64,000 nucleotides of DNA, from the NCBI RefSeq assembly GCF_009834535.1, contig NC_045698.1:4280001-4344000 (forward strand). Reading direction: 5' to 3'. This DNA is from Camelus ferus. Its lineage: Eukaryota. The position numbers were made by a program, and so were the translations under genes. The notes under the pieces were generated by a model. That model saw nothing but the letters and a program-made list of their open reading frames with translations. It had not been told where the DNA came from and did no database searches. Each line of letters starts with the position of its first letter. Position 1 is the stretch's first letter. This document shows positions 36,961 through 49,352 of the stretch, piece by piece.

Positions 36961-38209
36961 GTGCAAAGTCTCTCCTTCCAGAGCAAAGGGCAGGCATGCT
37001 CACTACCATTACTAAAACCTTCAGGTGCCCTGAGCTCAAGCTTCCACAGCTGTAACACTCCTCCTGTGTGGACAGGTACCCACCCAGGCCCACCTGCCCC
37101 ATGCCCACTGGGGCCAATGGTACCTGCTCTGCCGCACTCAGTGAACTCCTTCGTCTCTGAGCCAGGAGTGTTGTGTCTTCTATCAGCCTCCAGGAAACTG
37201 CAGCTACTGTGTGAGCTCACCAGTAGGGTAAAAACGCACACCCTTCAAGTCCTGACACCCTTCTAGGGACAACTGTTGCCTTTTGGGTCCAGTCTGTTGA
37301 TGTCAGCAGCCTGGGATGCTTGGATGTGCTAGAATAGCAAACACAGAGCAGACAGATGGCCTGAAGGGTCAGGGAGAGAGGAGAAGAGCTCCACACCTAG
37401 CACGCCTCCAGCCCGCCTCACGTGCTTTTGCTAGGGGTGCAGGGGGGGCAGCGTTTACAGCCATAATCCCTGGAGCAGGAAGTATCCTGTTAACGTCACT
37501 GCAAAGCTGATGAGCAGCCAGACGACGCTGAGGCTGTGGCTGCCAGGTGTGGCTGTATCAGGCTCTGGAGTCCATCAGAGCAATTCAATAGCTCAATGTC
37601 ATAGTCCCGGCTTCAGCTCATTTTTCCAACAGGCATCGTTCCTATTTGATCTGGCAGAGGGAACTGGATAAGGCACGCTAGCGCTGGGACAGGCAAACCG
37701 CAGCACCTGCACACCCGGCAGCAGCAGCCTGAGGACAGGTCCAAACAGAAGGGCGGATGGGAGTGAGGACAAGGGAAGCCAGGCTCTGAGTCCACCTCAA
37801 ATGTCAGGCATGGGAAATGCCCTGAAATGCCTCAGAGCCCATCAAAACCTATCCATGACTTCCAGAACAAAGTAGCCTGGAGCCAGTGCCTGGTGACCCC
37901 CAAAGTCAGGGTACTCACCTCTCACTCGCTGACTCCCGAATGGACCATCACTGATGGGCAGTCCTAAGTGTTAGTCATGACATTGTGTCCAAGTCTCCTC
38001 CCCGTCCATTTCCGCTCATGGCCCTGAATGGCCAGCAGGGAGTCCAGGCCCCGTGCATTAAGGTTCCTGCTCAGGCACAAGTTCAATCCTTGGGTGAAAT
38101 AAAATGTAAGTCAAATTCTGTATCTCATAATCCAGCTTTGTGGCTGGAAGGAAGGATGATAATTTGGTGACTGTTAAGTGCCCCAAGGAAACCCATGATA
38201 CACTCTAGA

Positions 38210-38545
38210 GCGAGGGTTGGCAAACTCTAACCCACTCCCTTCCCCACTGTCTGTGGCTGTTTTCAGGCTGCACTCACAGAGCTGAGTAGTTGCAACAGAG
38301 ACCAGATGGCCAGCAAAGCTGAAAGCATTTACAATCTGGCCCTTTACAGAAAGAGACTTATAAAAGGGTAGGGTATAGCTCAGTGGTAGAGTGTGTGCTT
38401 AGCATGCATGAGGTCCTAGGTTCAATCCCCAGTACCTCCACAAATAAATAAATAAACAATAAACAAACCTAATTACCTCCCCACCACAAAAAATAAAAAT
38501 AAAAAAACAGAACCACAAACCAGAAAGAGATTTATAAATTCCTGA
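38210..38545. mobile_element. MER58A-like (hAT-Charlie) element interrupted near its end by a SINE
   Basis: gggttggcaaact...cagagctgagtagttgcaacagagacc...catttacaatctggccctttacagaaa. Confidence 0.75.
38365..38520 (+). mobile_element. Camelid tRNA-Ala-derived SINE (Vic-1-like)
   Basis: Head gggtagggtatagctcagtggtagagtgtgtgcttagcatgcatgaggtcctaggttcaatccccagtacctcca with Pol III A box (38376-86) and B box (38419-29). It is followed by the aaacctaattacctcccc motif and an A-rich tail. The 18-bp TSD cagaaagaga(c/t)ttataaa lies at 38347-64 and 38521-38. Confidence 0.9.
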
Positions 38546-38944
38546 ACCCCTGTGTCCATGGAGGAGAAAAGGTGTACCTGTGAGCCGCGTGTCAGTAGAT
38601 CCAAAAAAGGCATGAGTAGGTGCAGAGGTACCAAGGTCCCCACCTCACCAGGGTGATAGACATTTTCCAAGTCTTAGGGAGAGATCGGCCAGAAGGACCA
38701 GGCTGTGATGCAGTGAGACTCAAGGGAGAGAATCGTTGATGAAGGGGCTGGTGGAGGGGCGGTTCAGTCGGACGAGGGCCCTCCCCAGAGGGGAAGAAGC
38801 ACCATGCTTGGGTGACACAGAAAGGAGAGCAGGAATCCCCTGAAAGCAGTGAGGAGAGTAGTAAAGAAGGTCCATGCGAAGATAAAAGTGAATCCGAGCT
38901 TCTTTTTGACTTTTTAAAAAACTTAATAACATCTCAGTTCCTAG

Positions 38945-39215
38945 ATGTCAAGACTTCCCAACTGATACCCACAAGGCCCTAGTCTTCCAAGTTCCTCCCA
39001 GCAAGTGGTCATGAAAGTTTGGAACAACATGAATATGATACGCCTCTTGGAAAGTCCCACTGAACCTTAAAGTCTCTGACAAATCCCACAGCAAAGAGAC
39101 CTGTTAAGTTCTGGGGTCTCCCAGGCAAATCTGTCCACAGGACCTCTCCACCTGGTAACTGCCAATCTGCACCCCAGCACTGGAATTCCTGACACTGCCT
39201 TTGGGGGATGTTGCA
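38945..39215. mobile_element. MER103-like (hAT-Charlie) fragment
   Basis: ttaaagtctctgacaaatcccacagcaaagagacctgttaag resembles the MER103C core. Confidence 0.55.
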
Positions 39216-40449
39216 TTCCAGACAGACACCAAAGTTTGCAGATCAGACAGATCCCTCCACACCTCGTACCTCAGTGTTCACATCACACAGCCTTTCCCAG
39301 GTGAGACGGGCCCTGTCTGTGGGGAGGGGAGAAGCCGGCACTGACTCGCACTCATGAGTCCCTCCCACGGGAGAAAGGATCCGCGTGGTGCTTTGTGCTC
39401 AAAACACCCCTCTTTGGAGAGATGGCAAACCGGAATGTTTAGGAAATGTTTAAGCATCCAGGTGTGATAGTGGCAGGGAGGTCCTCCTGTCTCCCAGGAT
39501 GTGATCCTGCTATAAGACACTGACCCGGGCCTCCTGCTGATTGCCTGGACACTGACAGAGGAAGACGAAGAGGGTGAGCTGGGAGCGGCCAGGCAGGAAA
39601 GCCCGTCCTCACTCATCTCCTTCTGCCAAAGACCAGCAGCGCTCCCAGCTCACGAGGAGCCTGGCTCCGAGGTTTTTCTTTATCAGCCGTCTGAGTCCTG
39701 GTGCGCCTGCTCCACCCACCGCAGCTGAGACTCGTGTCACAGCCTGAGAGGGACAAGATGCTCACAGCTCGAGCCTTTCAAGGCCAAGCGCAGACTGGGC
39801 CTCCAGCAGCGTGTGCATTCCGCATCACCAGGGCCAGCGCTCCTCCTTGTTAGGGCTCTTTGAAAAACAAATGCTGGAAACAAGTGACTTAGGACCTACC
39901 CTTCTTAGATATTCATTTCGCTGTGGAAAGTGAATTTTATTCCACCTCTAGGTGACTTCCGTCAAAACATTTTTATTCTTGTTTCCTTCTGTTGAACAGC
40001 AATACATGCAAATTGTTTTTATAATAAGTCTGAACTGTAGGAAAGATTGTCTCTCTCCCCTCCCTGAGCTCTAAGTCTCCCTTTCCTCGTCTCAGACAGT
40101 GACTCTCTCCACGTTCTTTTTTATTCCAGATCACTTCTGAAACCAAAGCAAAGCAAATAAAAATCAGTCATTTCCAGGAAGTAGGGGAGAGGGGTTCGGG
40201 AAGACAAAAGGAAGCAAACCACGCTGAGGAAGGCTCTCTGCCAAGAGCATCCCTAGGCACATGGCATCTCCAACTTCATCTTCAGACGTGCACATAAGGA
40301 CACAGTTTTCTTTACAGATAAGGAGCCTGGGATTCTAATCTTGGCCTGTATCTGACTACCAAGGCCATGGAGGCTGCACTCTAGTGACAGGAGATGTCGA
40401 AATATCTGTGGCTTACATCATTCAATGTCATAACCCTTACAAGTCGGAT

Positions 40450-40900
40450 TTAGTTCACTCTTGCTGCAGAACAATGACCCCCAAGCACCATGCCTCAGAA
40501 CAACTCCCTTATTCATCTCCCTCACTCCTTTGCTGAGCGGGGCTCAGCAGGGAAGCTGGGCTCCGCTCCACGTGGCCTCGCTCGACCCAGCTCAACTGGA
40601 TCTGCTTCCAAGACGGCACATCTCAGAGCTGGCAGGTTGGTGCTGCCTCTGGGGTCCTCTCCATGTGGCCGTCTCCACCAGGCAGCTTTAGCTTCCTCAC
40701 AGAATGGCAATGGGTCCTTGACTAAGTTTCCCAAGAGGCAGAAAGTAGCAGTTACTAGTTTCTTGAAGGCTGAGCTGAGAAACCGGACATCCCCCCTCTG
40801 CATTCTACTGACCACCATTCGAGGGGCGGGATCGCTACTCCATCCCCCTGCGAAGGAGTGTCAAGGAAATCTGGAAAAATGTCTCCGAGCTTTCACAGTT
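40450..40900 (-). mobile_element. Old MLT1 (G/H-like) LTR
   Basis: ctccacgtggc...ttccaagacggcacatctcagagctggcaggttggtgctg...gcttcctcacagaatggc. Confidence 0.7.
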
Positions 40901-41561
40901 ATTTACTTGTTGTATTGTTTATTCGTTCATTTATTCATTCTTTAAAAGCTGTTTTGAATATAATTAAAACTCACTCAGCTCAGGGACCACACTTAATTAA
41001 ACAAGGCTCAAATGTGGTTGAGAGCAGCCCAGAGCTTTGTGCCGAAAGACAAGTGCGATTTTCCCAAAAGCCTGTCCCTGCGGCTCGTTGGTGGTGATGG
41101 AGGAGAAACCAAGACCATGGAAAAGAGTCTCTTCTTTCGAAAAATAAGAGAGAGAGAGGAATTCTGGGTAGGACCGAGCTTGGCAGAGCTCGCAGTGCAG
41201 ATGCGTTTCCCGGGCCAGGCTCTTCCCCGACTGCGACACACGGCTGACGGTCCAGACCCTGAGCCTCCAAGTGATGAGCCGACGTGCGCCCTCCTCTAGC
41301 CCAGGAGGTCTCTGTCCTCCTTGGGCACTGGGGCTTCCACCCCCTCGGATGTTTCATTAACAGTTCCTCTCTGCTTTCTCAGAGTTCTTACACACAGCTC
41401 AGCCTTTTTACGAGTTCTTTAAAAAAAAAAAAAGAAAGAAAAAAGCTTTTTAGCACAAATTAAATGAGCTGGAATTAGGAAAGCTGTGAGAGGACAAGGG
41501 AACCGCACTACGAGGGCTGCAAAGTTCCAGGACCGCCCAGGCTCAAAATGCTGGCTTGCTG

Positions 41562-42072
41562 CAGTGGACATGGGCGTGCTAGTGTCTTTCTGAGACCTTG
41601 ATTTCAATTCTTTTGGATAAATGCCCGTAAGTGCTACTGAAGGACCACGCAATAGCCAAGGTACGGAAACATCCAAATGTCCATTGATGGGTGAATGGGT
41701 GTATGGCGTGTACATACAATGGCATATTATTCACTCTGTTAAGAAAACATCCTGCCGTTTGTGACAACGTGGATCACATCATGCTAAGTGAAATAAGCCA
41801 GTCACAGAAAGACGGACTCTCCGTGATGCCACTTGTATTAAGGATCTAAAATCATCACGCCCACAGAATCAGAGTGGAACGGTGTTGCCAGGAGAGATGC
41901 TGATCAAAGGCCGTAACGTTTCAGTCACGCGAGGTGAGTGAGTTCCAGAGATCACTGTGCTTATGTCGAACATACTGAGTTGTACATTTGAAAGATTTTG
42001 TTAAGAGGGTAGATCTCAGGTCAAGTGTTCTTACCACAATAAAATATTTTTAAAGCCCAAATCTGAAAAAAA
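41562..42072 (+). mobile_element. 5'-truncated, 5'-inverted L1 (L1MA/L1MB-type)
   Basis: An antisense ORF2 C-terminal piece at 41562-41647 (GIYPKELKSRSQKDTSTPM) is followed by the sense ORF2 end and 3' UTR to an A-tail. The 17-bp TSD aaaatgctg(g/a)cttgctg lies at 41545-61 and 42073-89. Confidence 0.88.
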
Positions 42073-43027
42073 AAAATGCTGACTTGCTGATTGAGTAAAC
42101 TTCCATCAACTGTTTTTGAGAATTAGAGGTACTTTCATCTACCTGTCACCTTGCAGCGGTTACATTTACAAATAAACAGGTGTGACTATCACAGGATCAC
42201 AGAACAACGATGCACACGCCGGCTGGAGGGAGCCCATGAGATCGTCAGGCCGCTGAACTGAGGAGACACACAGGCACCTTCTCTGGAGGGTCCGCTGCCC
42301 CCGGGAGGGGGGGGGGTCTTCGCTTTCTCCCGGTCAGAGCCTCCGTATCCTGAACACAGATGTTCATCCTTCACGCTTTCATTCAAAACCTTGCAAGTGC
42401 TTCTGGAGCAGACACGCACATGTGTGCACATGTGCACACAGGTCCCGTCACCTTTGGACAGAACAGCTGTGGGCCTTAGGGGCGTGGTCCTTGCTTCTTT
42501 AGGTCGGATTGAGACTCTGTAAACTGCAGGGAGATGAGAGGCTGCCCGCGGGGTTCAACAGAGAGACAGGATGGAATGGAGCTGCGAGAATGAGTAAGCA
42601 TCTGGAAACGTGCTCCTTAGCGCATCCTGGTCCCGAGCGTGTCTGCTGGGTCCCCACCCTGCAGAGCCTGGCGCACAGTTTAGCGCTGCCGTCACGTGCC
42701 CGTGCCAGTGCGTATCTTTGGAAGCTCTGTTTTTAAAGATTTTTGAACGGATGCTGTGATGGGGTCTGAGGGCCACGGAGGCGACAGAGAAGTTCCATAT
42801 CTCCCGCACGTAGCACAGTGCAGGGCACATAGTAGGAGCTCACCAGATGTTCACTAAGTGACTAATGGGTAGCCACGACGCCGCTTCCAGGGTGAGGGGA
42901 GGGCACGTGACTCAGACCCCTCCCCCTCCCCGGCCCCTCATTCCAGGCCCTGTGAGCCCCCACCTGAAGTGTTGGCTCCACTCTTGGCTCTTTCCACTTG
43001 GCTTTTTGCTTTTGTCTTGTGAATGGG

Positions 43028-43165
43028 ACACACGCACACACACACAGGTGCACAGGCAGACACACGTGTAGGTGAGTGCATGTGAGACCATACATGCAAG
43101 TGTGCATATGCAGGGACGTGCGTGCATGCCCTCACAAACACACACGCGGATGCAGACATACATGC
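43028..43165. repeat. Degenerate CA/TG alternating purine-pyrimidine tract
   Basis: acacacgcacacacacacaggtgcac...gtgtgcatatgc...acacacacgcg. Confidence 0.8.
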
Positions 43166-44619
43166 CCCGAGTTCTTATTCTGAACTCAATAAAACGTCCT
43201 TACCTTATACCTTGAAACAGACCCAGCCTCCCAGACAAAGGTCGGTCCCCACTTCCCCACAATGGTACCGGCCCAGGCGGGGCTGCGTTCTTCCTCCCCT
43301 CTTGCTCCTAGATTCCAGCTTTCACAGAATCTGGATCACAGCGCCCACCTGTCACCGCCTTCTTCACAGAAGTCACCCTCGCTGTCTGTGTTAGCCAGTC
43401 CCAAGGGGGCAGACAGGGCTCTCCCCAGCTCTGCACTCTCTCGTGGTCCCAAGCAGACAGCCCTGGGACAGGTGCCCCCAGAAGGCTGCTGCACTGAAAG
43501 GGTGTGGAGGACTCGGACCTGTGGAAGGACACAGTCTGGCTGCTCAGGGTGCTCAGAGCTGCCCCCGAGGCCCCACTCAGGCAGCACCAGCTCTTCCCCT
43601 CCCCACATTTCCCCTCCACCAGGAGTCCTAGCCTTTCACTCCAGTGTGCTCTCCCCAGCTCTCTCCAGCAGCCTGTGAAGCTATGAAACCTTGTGCAGGG
43701 TGTTGTGTTAAATGCACAAAGTAAACACAGAGGTCACACAGGACCAATGATTCTGAAATCCAGGTATCTGCCTGGGCTTGAGGGTGGGGGCGTCTCTGCT
43801 CCAGCAGCGAGCATCCCCTCCCCTCTCCTCCATGCCCCTCCAGACTGATCTCTGGTGAGAAGCACCCCAAGGTGGTAGGATGCTGGGGTGGGGGTGCCCT
43901 GGAGAGTGAGGGTAACACAGGACTTGGGAATGCAAGACAAAAGATGTGCTCTCTAGGGATCTCTGAGAGGCTGTGACTGCCGTTCTGTACAGAAGGTCAG
44001 ACCGTGATGTATGGTCTGCAGAGCTTGGGTGGATGTGGGGAGAGAGAGGGGGAGTGCAGCGGGTCTCACAGATAACAGTAAATACTTGTTCCCGCTGCAG
44101 TGTTGTTTTTCAGCTGAAATCTGTGGACGTGGGCGGTATTTTCTCTGCTTTTACTGTTGATTCCATTAGGTGCTCTGCGTGAGAAGTATGAAGACCAGCA
44201 AGAACTAAGCCATATGAATCCAAGGATCACACCAGCTCGAGACAGAAAAAGAGCTGGTTTTTCTTTAACCAATGGTAAAGTAGGGGCAATCAAATAATTT
44301 TTATATTATGAGATTTCAGGGTTTTTTTTTTTTCATACTGTGTCTATTCCCTTTAAATGACAGTCGTCAGAAGTCACTTTTAAGAAAGTACTTTGAAATT
44401 GAATAGAAAATGTCTCACACACTTACTTTTCCTGTTTTTATGAAATTCAAATAGAATGTGAGTGGCAGGCAGAGTGCTTTGTGCCCCAGGCTCAGCAAAC
44501 ACAAGCTTCCTGGAACTCAATCTTTTGGAAGCAGGAGGGGAGACCAGACGTCTGCTAAGAGGCGCCCTGGCTGGGATTCAGCCCATATAGGCAATGGGTC
44601 ATTGCACAGGGCGAGCGTC

Positions 44620-44762
44620 TGTTTTGGGCCCTGGAACCTTGAGTTTAGCCCCACAGGGCCCATGGCGGACTCCTGACCTCCAGAACTGTAAAGGGCAAAT
44701 GCGTGCCGTGAGGCTGCTCAAGTTGTGCTGATTTGCTATGGCGGCCACAGGAGCTGGCGCCA
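44620..44762 (+). mobile_element. MLT1D-like LTR 3' fragment
   Basis: ttagcccc...gactcctgacctccagaactgtaa...gttgtgctgatttgctatggcggccacagga. Confidence 0.7.
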
Positions 44763-44774
44763 GAGTGTCATCGT

Positions 44775-44910
44775 GGGGAACAGGGACACTGTAACCTGAA
44801 GTCCAAGGACCCACACTTATGGCCACTTGAAAGCTGTGTGACCTGGACAACCTTCTCAACCTCTCTGAGTCTCTGTTTTTCCATTACTGAAATGTGTGTC
44901 AACACGCCTC
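44775..44910 (+). mobile_element. MIR SINE fragment
   Basis: MIR core agctgtgtgacctggacaaccttctcaacctctctgagtctctgtttttccatt. Confidence 0.75.
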
Positions 44911-46059
44911 CAAGATGACTGTGAATGCTGCACGCAGTCAGGCTAATTAACTGCAAACAACACAGAGAGGAGGAATAACTTTATTGATTTGCAAGGAGCC
45001 TGAGGGGGGAAATTAAGATATTTTTTTGAACCTGAGACAGAAATTGCTAATTATCATCAACATGCTTCTCCCAGTCTTAGCAAAAAGAAATCACTTGAAT
45101 GTCCATAAACATTTACTTTTCTTTTCAATTATCACATATGTGGATTTAAATCCATATGATGAGCTCCTTGGAAAGGGGCCAGAAGATAGGAAGAATTCCA
45201 GCATGGGTGAGGGAGCAGACCTGGACAGGCTCCCCAAGCTCCTACACTGATGCATCAAAGCCTCAGGGCTGGTGGACAGATAACAGGACTGGAGCTGCCC
45301 CACTGGCCTCCCTTGGACACAGCACAGGGGACCCTCTAAGTAAAGAGACATGGGAAGCCTGTGCCTCCCTTCCAGGCTATGGAGCTGACTGAACGCCACG
45401 TCTGCACACCTTTTTGCTCCTAGGACCACATTTAAATGTACGAGGTAGTGTTGTAATTATAGACTCCCAGTGGGTGAGTTCCTCTGTGGAGAAGCATTTC
45501 TGTAATTTCAGAAATTACTTCGTTTTGATTTCTGGTTATAGAGTTTTGAATTTTAATCCATCACATTCTCGTAAAGGCGTAGCACATCAGAACTTGGGAT
45601 CGTGTTTGTAGGGGGCCAGCGTTTAATGAGCATCTATGCCGGGCCAGACACCAATTACATGTAATCTCTCACACGCAACTGCTTCCTTCATGAAATATAT
45701 ATAGTGCCTACTTCGTACTGCTGTCAAGGATTAAGTTAAATGGAATGAAATAATGTAGCCGGAGACACGCAGCTGGGAAAAAAATAGAACTTGCCTCACC
45801 CTCGTGGCCGCCCTGGTTCTCAGCCCACGTGCTGATTGCCCCACAGCGTGGCCCTCCTCACAGGAGATGTCAGGTCGTGGCTCCCTGTGAATCTGTTTCT
45901 CATCCCATCACTTGACCCGAGATGATTAATTCCATGGCATATCAACTAACAAACCACTTCTCTACTCCCCCATGACACATTCACCTAGAACAGTGCAGTA
46001 ATAATAGGAGAAAATATTGTTCAATGAACTCCATTAAGAAACTTTAAAATGTACTCAGT

Positions 46060-46540
46060 GATACTGACCAAGAACCTGTGGTTTACAGGAAGTCTTCTAG
46101 GAGTTGAAGATGCTGGGGGCTCGGCACTCCTGAGCATGACATTATGGGAGGAAGGAGGAAACAGACAAGGGACAACCAGCAAATGTAAACAGAGGAGCCG
46201 TCAGGCTGTTCTAAGTGCCATGCAGGGAATGCTTTAGACTGATATCCAACGAAGGCTTCTGTGTACAGGTGAGTTTTACTGAAAACAGACCAGGAGGAGG
46301 GTGCGCCTGGCAGAGGGAACAGCTGGTGTGAAGGTCTAAGGCGAGAACGAGACGAGGTACTGGAGGAATGCAGGAAGGCAGCGTGGCCGGGGAGCGGAGG
46401 GGAGGCCAGCTGCCCAGGATGACACCAGGAGACGGCCAGGGAGTGTCCCAGGATGACATCCAGCTTACTGATTTGGGGGGTTGACGGAATGCGGTGGGAA
46501 GACGAGACCTGAGACTTCGTTTCAGAACACATTTGAAAAA
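46060..46540 (-). mobile_element. L2 LINE fragment
   Basis: ttctaggagttgaagatg...taagtgccatg...cctggcagagggaacagctggtgtgaaggtct...gaggaatgcaggaaggcagcgtggccgggg. Confidence 0.7.
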
Positions 46541-48804
46541 GAGGAACCCCAGCTCTTTCACGGAGGATAAGATACAGCTTCGCACTCGCTGGATTTGTAG
46601 AAGAGGAGGAACGGGCTTGTTTGGAAACTCTAGCTGGATATTGGGTTTATGAATAATTTTATATCACGTTTCATTCATTGAATATCATATTGCCACATAA
46701 CTATGTAATTGTCATAATTAATATTTTAATGCCCAATGAATAGATATACCATAATGTATTTTTAGTTTATCTTTTGTAATGTAATTTTTCTACCAAAGTA
46801 TTTACATTCATGGAAATTTGTTACATATGCATTATTAAGTGAAAAAAGCAATATAGATATAATAATATCCTTTGTATAATCTAATTAAAATTAAAGATAA
46901 GAAATATTATATGCATAAACAATATATGTTATATTAATCTTTATCTACATATGTAAAGATATCTGGACATATTAATGCTGAGTTATAAACTGGGGTAAGA
47001 ATTACGGAAATTTCTATTTTTTGTGATTCATTTCTACATCACTTAAATTCTTTACGATGGATGCAAATTTTGTAATTAAAAAGTAACAACAACAAAGATA
47101 CTTACCAAGAAGTGGAAGGAGAAATCATTCATACCAAAGAAGCCTGAGGAAGCCACCCCGCCACCACAGCACTGCAGCGAAAATGTTCTGAAATGAGCCT
47201 GGAAGAGAATAATGTGACTAGCAAGGCGTCGGGTCCACGAGATAATGAAGAATCCAGCCCCAGCTCACATTTTACAGTCCAGCGTGCGTCCCGACAGCTC
47301 AGCACAGGCTCACTGCTGCTTATTATACTTCAATACGGACACAGTATTAATATTTTATGTCCCCCTTTGTTTCTCTGTTTATGAGTATCTCCAGTCTGGA
47401 TGAACAAGCTGCAGACCAGACGCATAAAAGCACAAGCTAAAGCCACGAGTCCCCTGAATGCCAGAAACCGCAGGCACATTAAACAGGGTTGGCAGGGGTG
47501 CAGGTACACTGTGATGTTTTGATCTAACCCATCTTCACATTCAAAGGGCGCTTCGGGTGTTATTCAGAAACACATAACTGTGCTGAGAGTGGGAAGCACT
47601 TAGCTTCAGCCAAACACTTGCCCGCAGTCTCTTTATGAGAACTTGTACCCAGGACAGTGTGACGGGGCTGCTGAGCGCGGCAGGGGCAGGTGTTGGGGTC
47701 TGTTCATGCCTCCTGCCCGGGCGCCATGCTCCTCCCAACCCGGCTCAGCTGGTTTCTAATTCCTGCCTGACCCCCCATTCCTCCTTTATGGAAAGGAAAA
47801 CCCAGAGGAGATTCACTTTAGTTCTGTGGTGGATAAATTGATCTCAGAATCTCTGTGGTGCAACCTTCACTCAAGAGTTTGCCAATCCATCCACTCACCT
47901 GTTGCCTTTGGCATTTGAGCTTAAATGAAACCAAAAGGTCACCAAAAGCTTCAGGAGAAACTGCTGAATTTCAGCTGACGGCCAAGTCAAAAATCTCCAA
48001 ATTCAGCCTAGATCCATCTTCAAATGCTGATTCACCCGCCTCTGATGCTCAGTGCTTCCAGTAGGGCTGGCTGGCTGTGAGAAGGTTGAACAGAACCCCA
48101 AACTTTGCAACTTTTTGCCTATTTCAAGCCCCGCCCTTCCTGGAGTTCCTGCTTAATAACTTCAGTGTAAATGCTGATGCCGGAGCGGCTGCCACCCTAC
48201 TTTTATAGCACCTCCAAGACCAGTGTCACACTCCAAATAGCCTGTCGTGGGTACAAGCCAGAAAGTCAGCCTGAAATTGATGCTCTGCAATGTTCTTTCA
48301 ACGCTGGGTCTCTCACAAGACTGCGGTCATATTGTGAATGGTTGCTTTAAAAATTAATCTCTTTTAAGGTTGACTTTAAAAATCAATCTTCTATTTTGGG
48401 CTATAACACCTAAAGTCAATATAACCTGGAACTTTCCTGTAACTCTCTCCCCTGGAACATGGGCCAACCCAAAGAGGTGCCTTGTTAAAAAGTGCCAGAA
48501 AGAGCCAGTCACCGTGCACAGGAGTTGTGGACGTGACCGTGCGCAAAGAGGCGTGCGAAGCCTCCGCCCTCCCAGGCTCACAGCCTGCCCCCTGCGGTCT
48601 CAGGGGAAGGTGACCCACAGGCTAGGGCCCGATGCCCGGGGAGGGGCACAGGGGGCAGCACTGCATGGGGGAGGAGAGGGGGAAGGGGCATGCAGACGGC
48701 CAGAGGCACAGAGACCAGAGTGCCCTCTGTGCTGGAAGGACCTCTGGGCGCCCAGCTGAGGGGAGGAGGGAAGTGAGACATAAGTGACAAAGGGGTAACA
48801 GAAG

Positions 48805-49352
48805 CCCAGTGAGACCGACCGTAACACTTACGAGCTGGGTGACTTGGGCAAATCACGTAACCTCTGGGGCCCAGGCTTCTATTTGTACAGTGACTATAAC
48901 AACACCTTTCTTGTAAGATTATTGCTTTAGTTTTGTCTAGTGTAACAAAGGCACCATAGACCAAGGGAGCTTAAATAGCCAAGATTTCTTTCTCAGTTCT
49001 GGAGGCTGGGAAGTCCAAGAGCAAGAAGCCGGAAGATCTGGTGTCTGGTGAAGGCTGGCTTCCCGGCTTGTAGACAGACAGCTGCCTTCTGGTCATGTCT
49101 TCACATGGGCCCTCCATCTCTTTATAAGGGCACCAATCCCACCATGGGGGCTCCACCCTCATGACCTCATCCAACTCTTATTACCCCCCAAGTCCTCACT
49201 TCCCAAAACCATCACGCTGAGGATTAAGGTTTCCGTGTATGAATTTGGGGAGGATACAAACATTCAGCTCATGGCAGTCATTCTGAGGATTAAATGAGTT
49301 GATACCCGCAAATCATCTAAAAAGTGCCAGGAGCATCCTAAGCAGCACGTGC
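48805..49352 (+). mobile_element. MIR SINE split by an MLT1A0 LTR
   Basis: MIR core (agctgggtgacttgggcaaatcacgtaacctct) lies before the LTR and the MIR 3' part (tgaggattaaatgagttgata...agtgccagg) after it. Confidence 0.75.
48923..49276 (-). mobile_element. MLT1A0-like solo LTR
   Basis: cagttctggaggctgggaagtccaagagcaag...ttataagggcaccaatccc...atgaatttggggaggatacaaacattcagctcatggca. Degenerate TSD attat/gtcat. Confidence 0.9.

Noticed and set aside
38366..38440. tRNA-Ala gene
   Set aside because: It is followed by the SINE-specific tail and flanked by a TSD, and lacks a T-run terminator. It is a SINE head.
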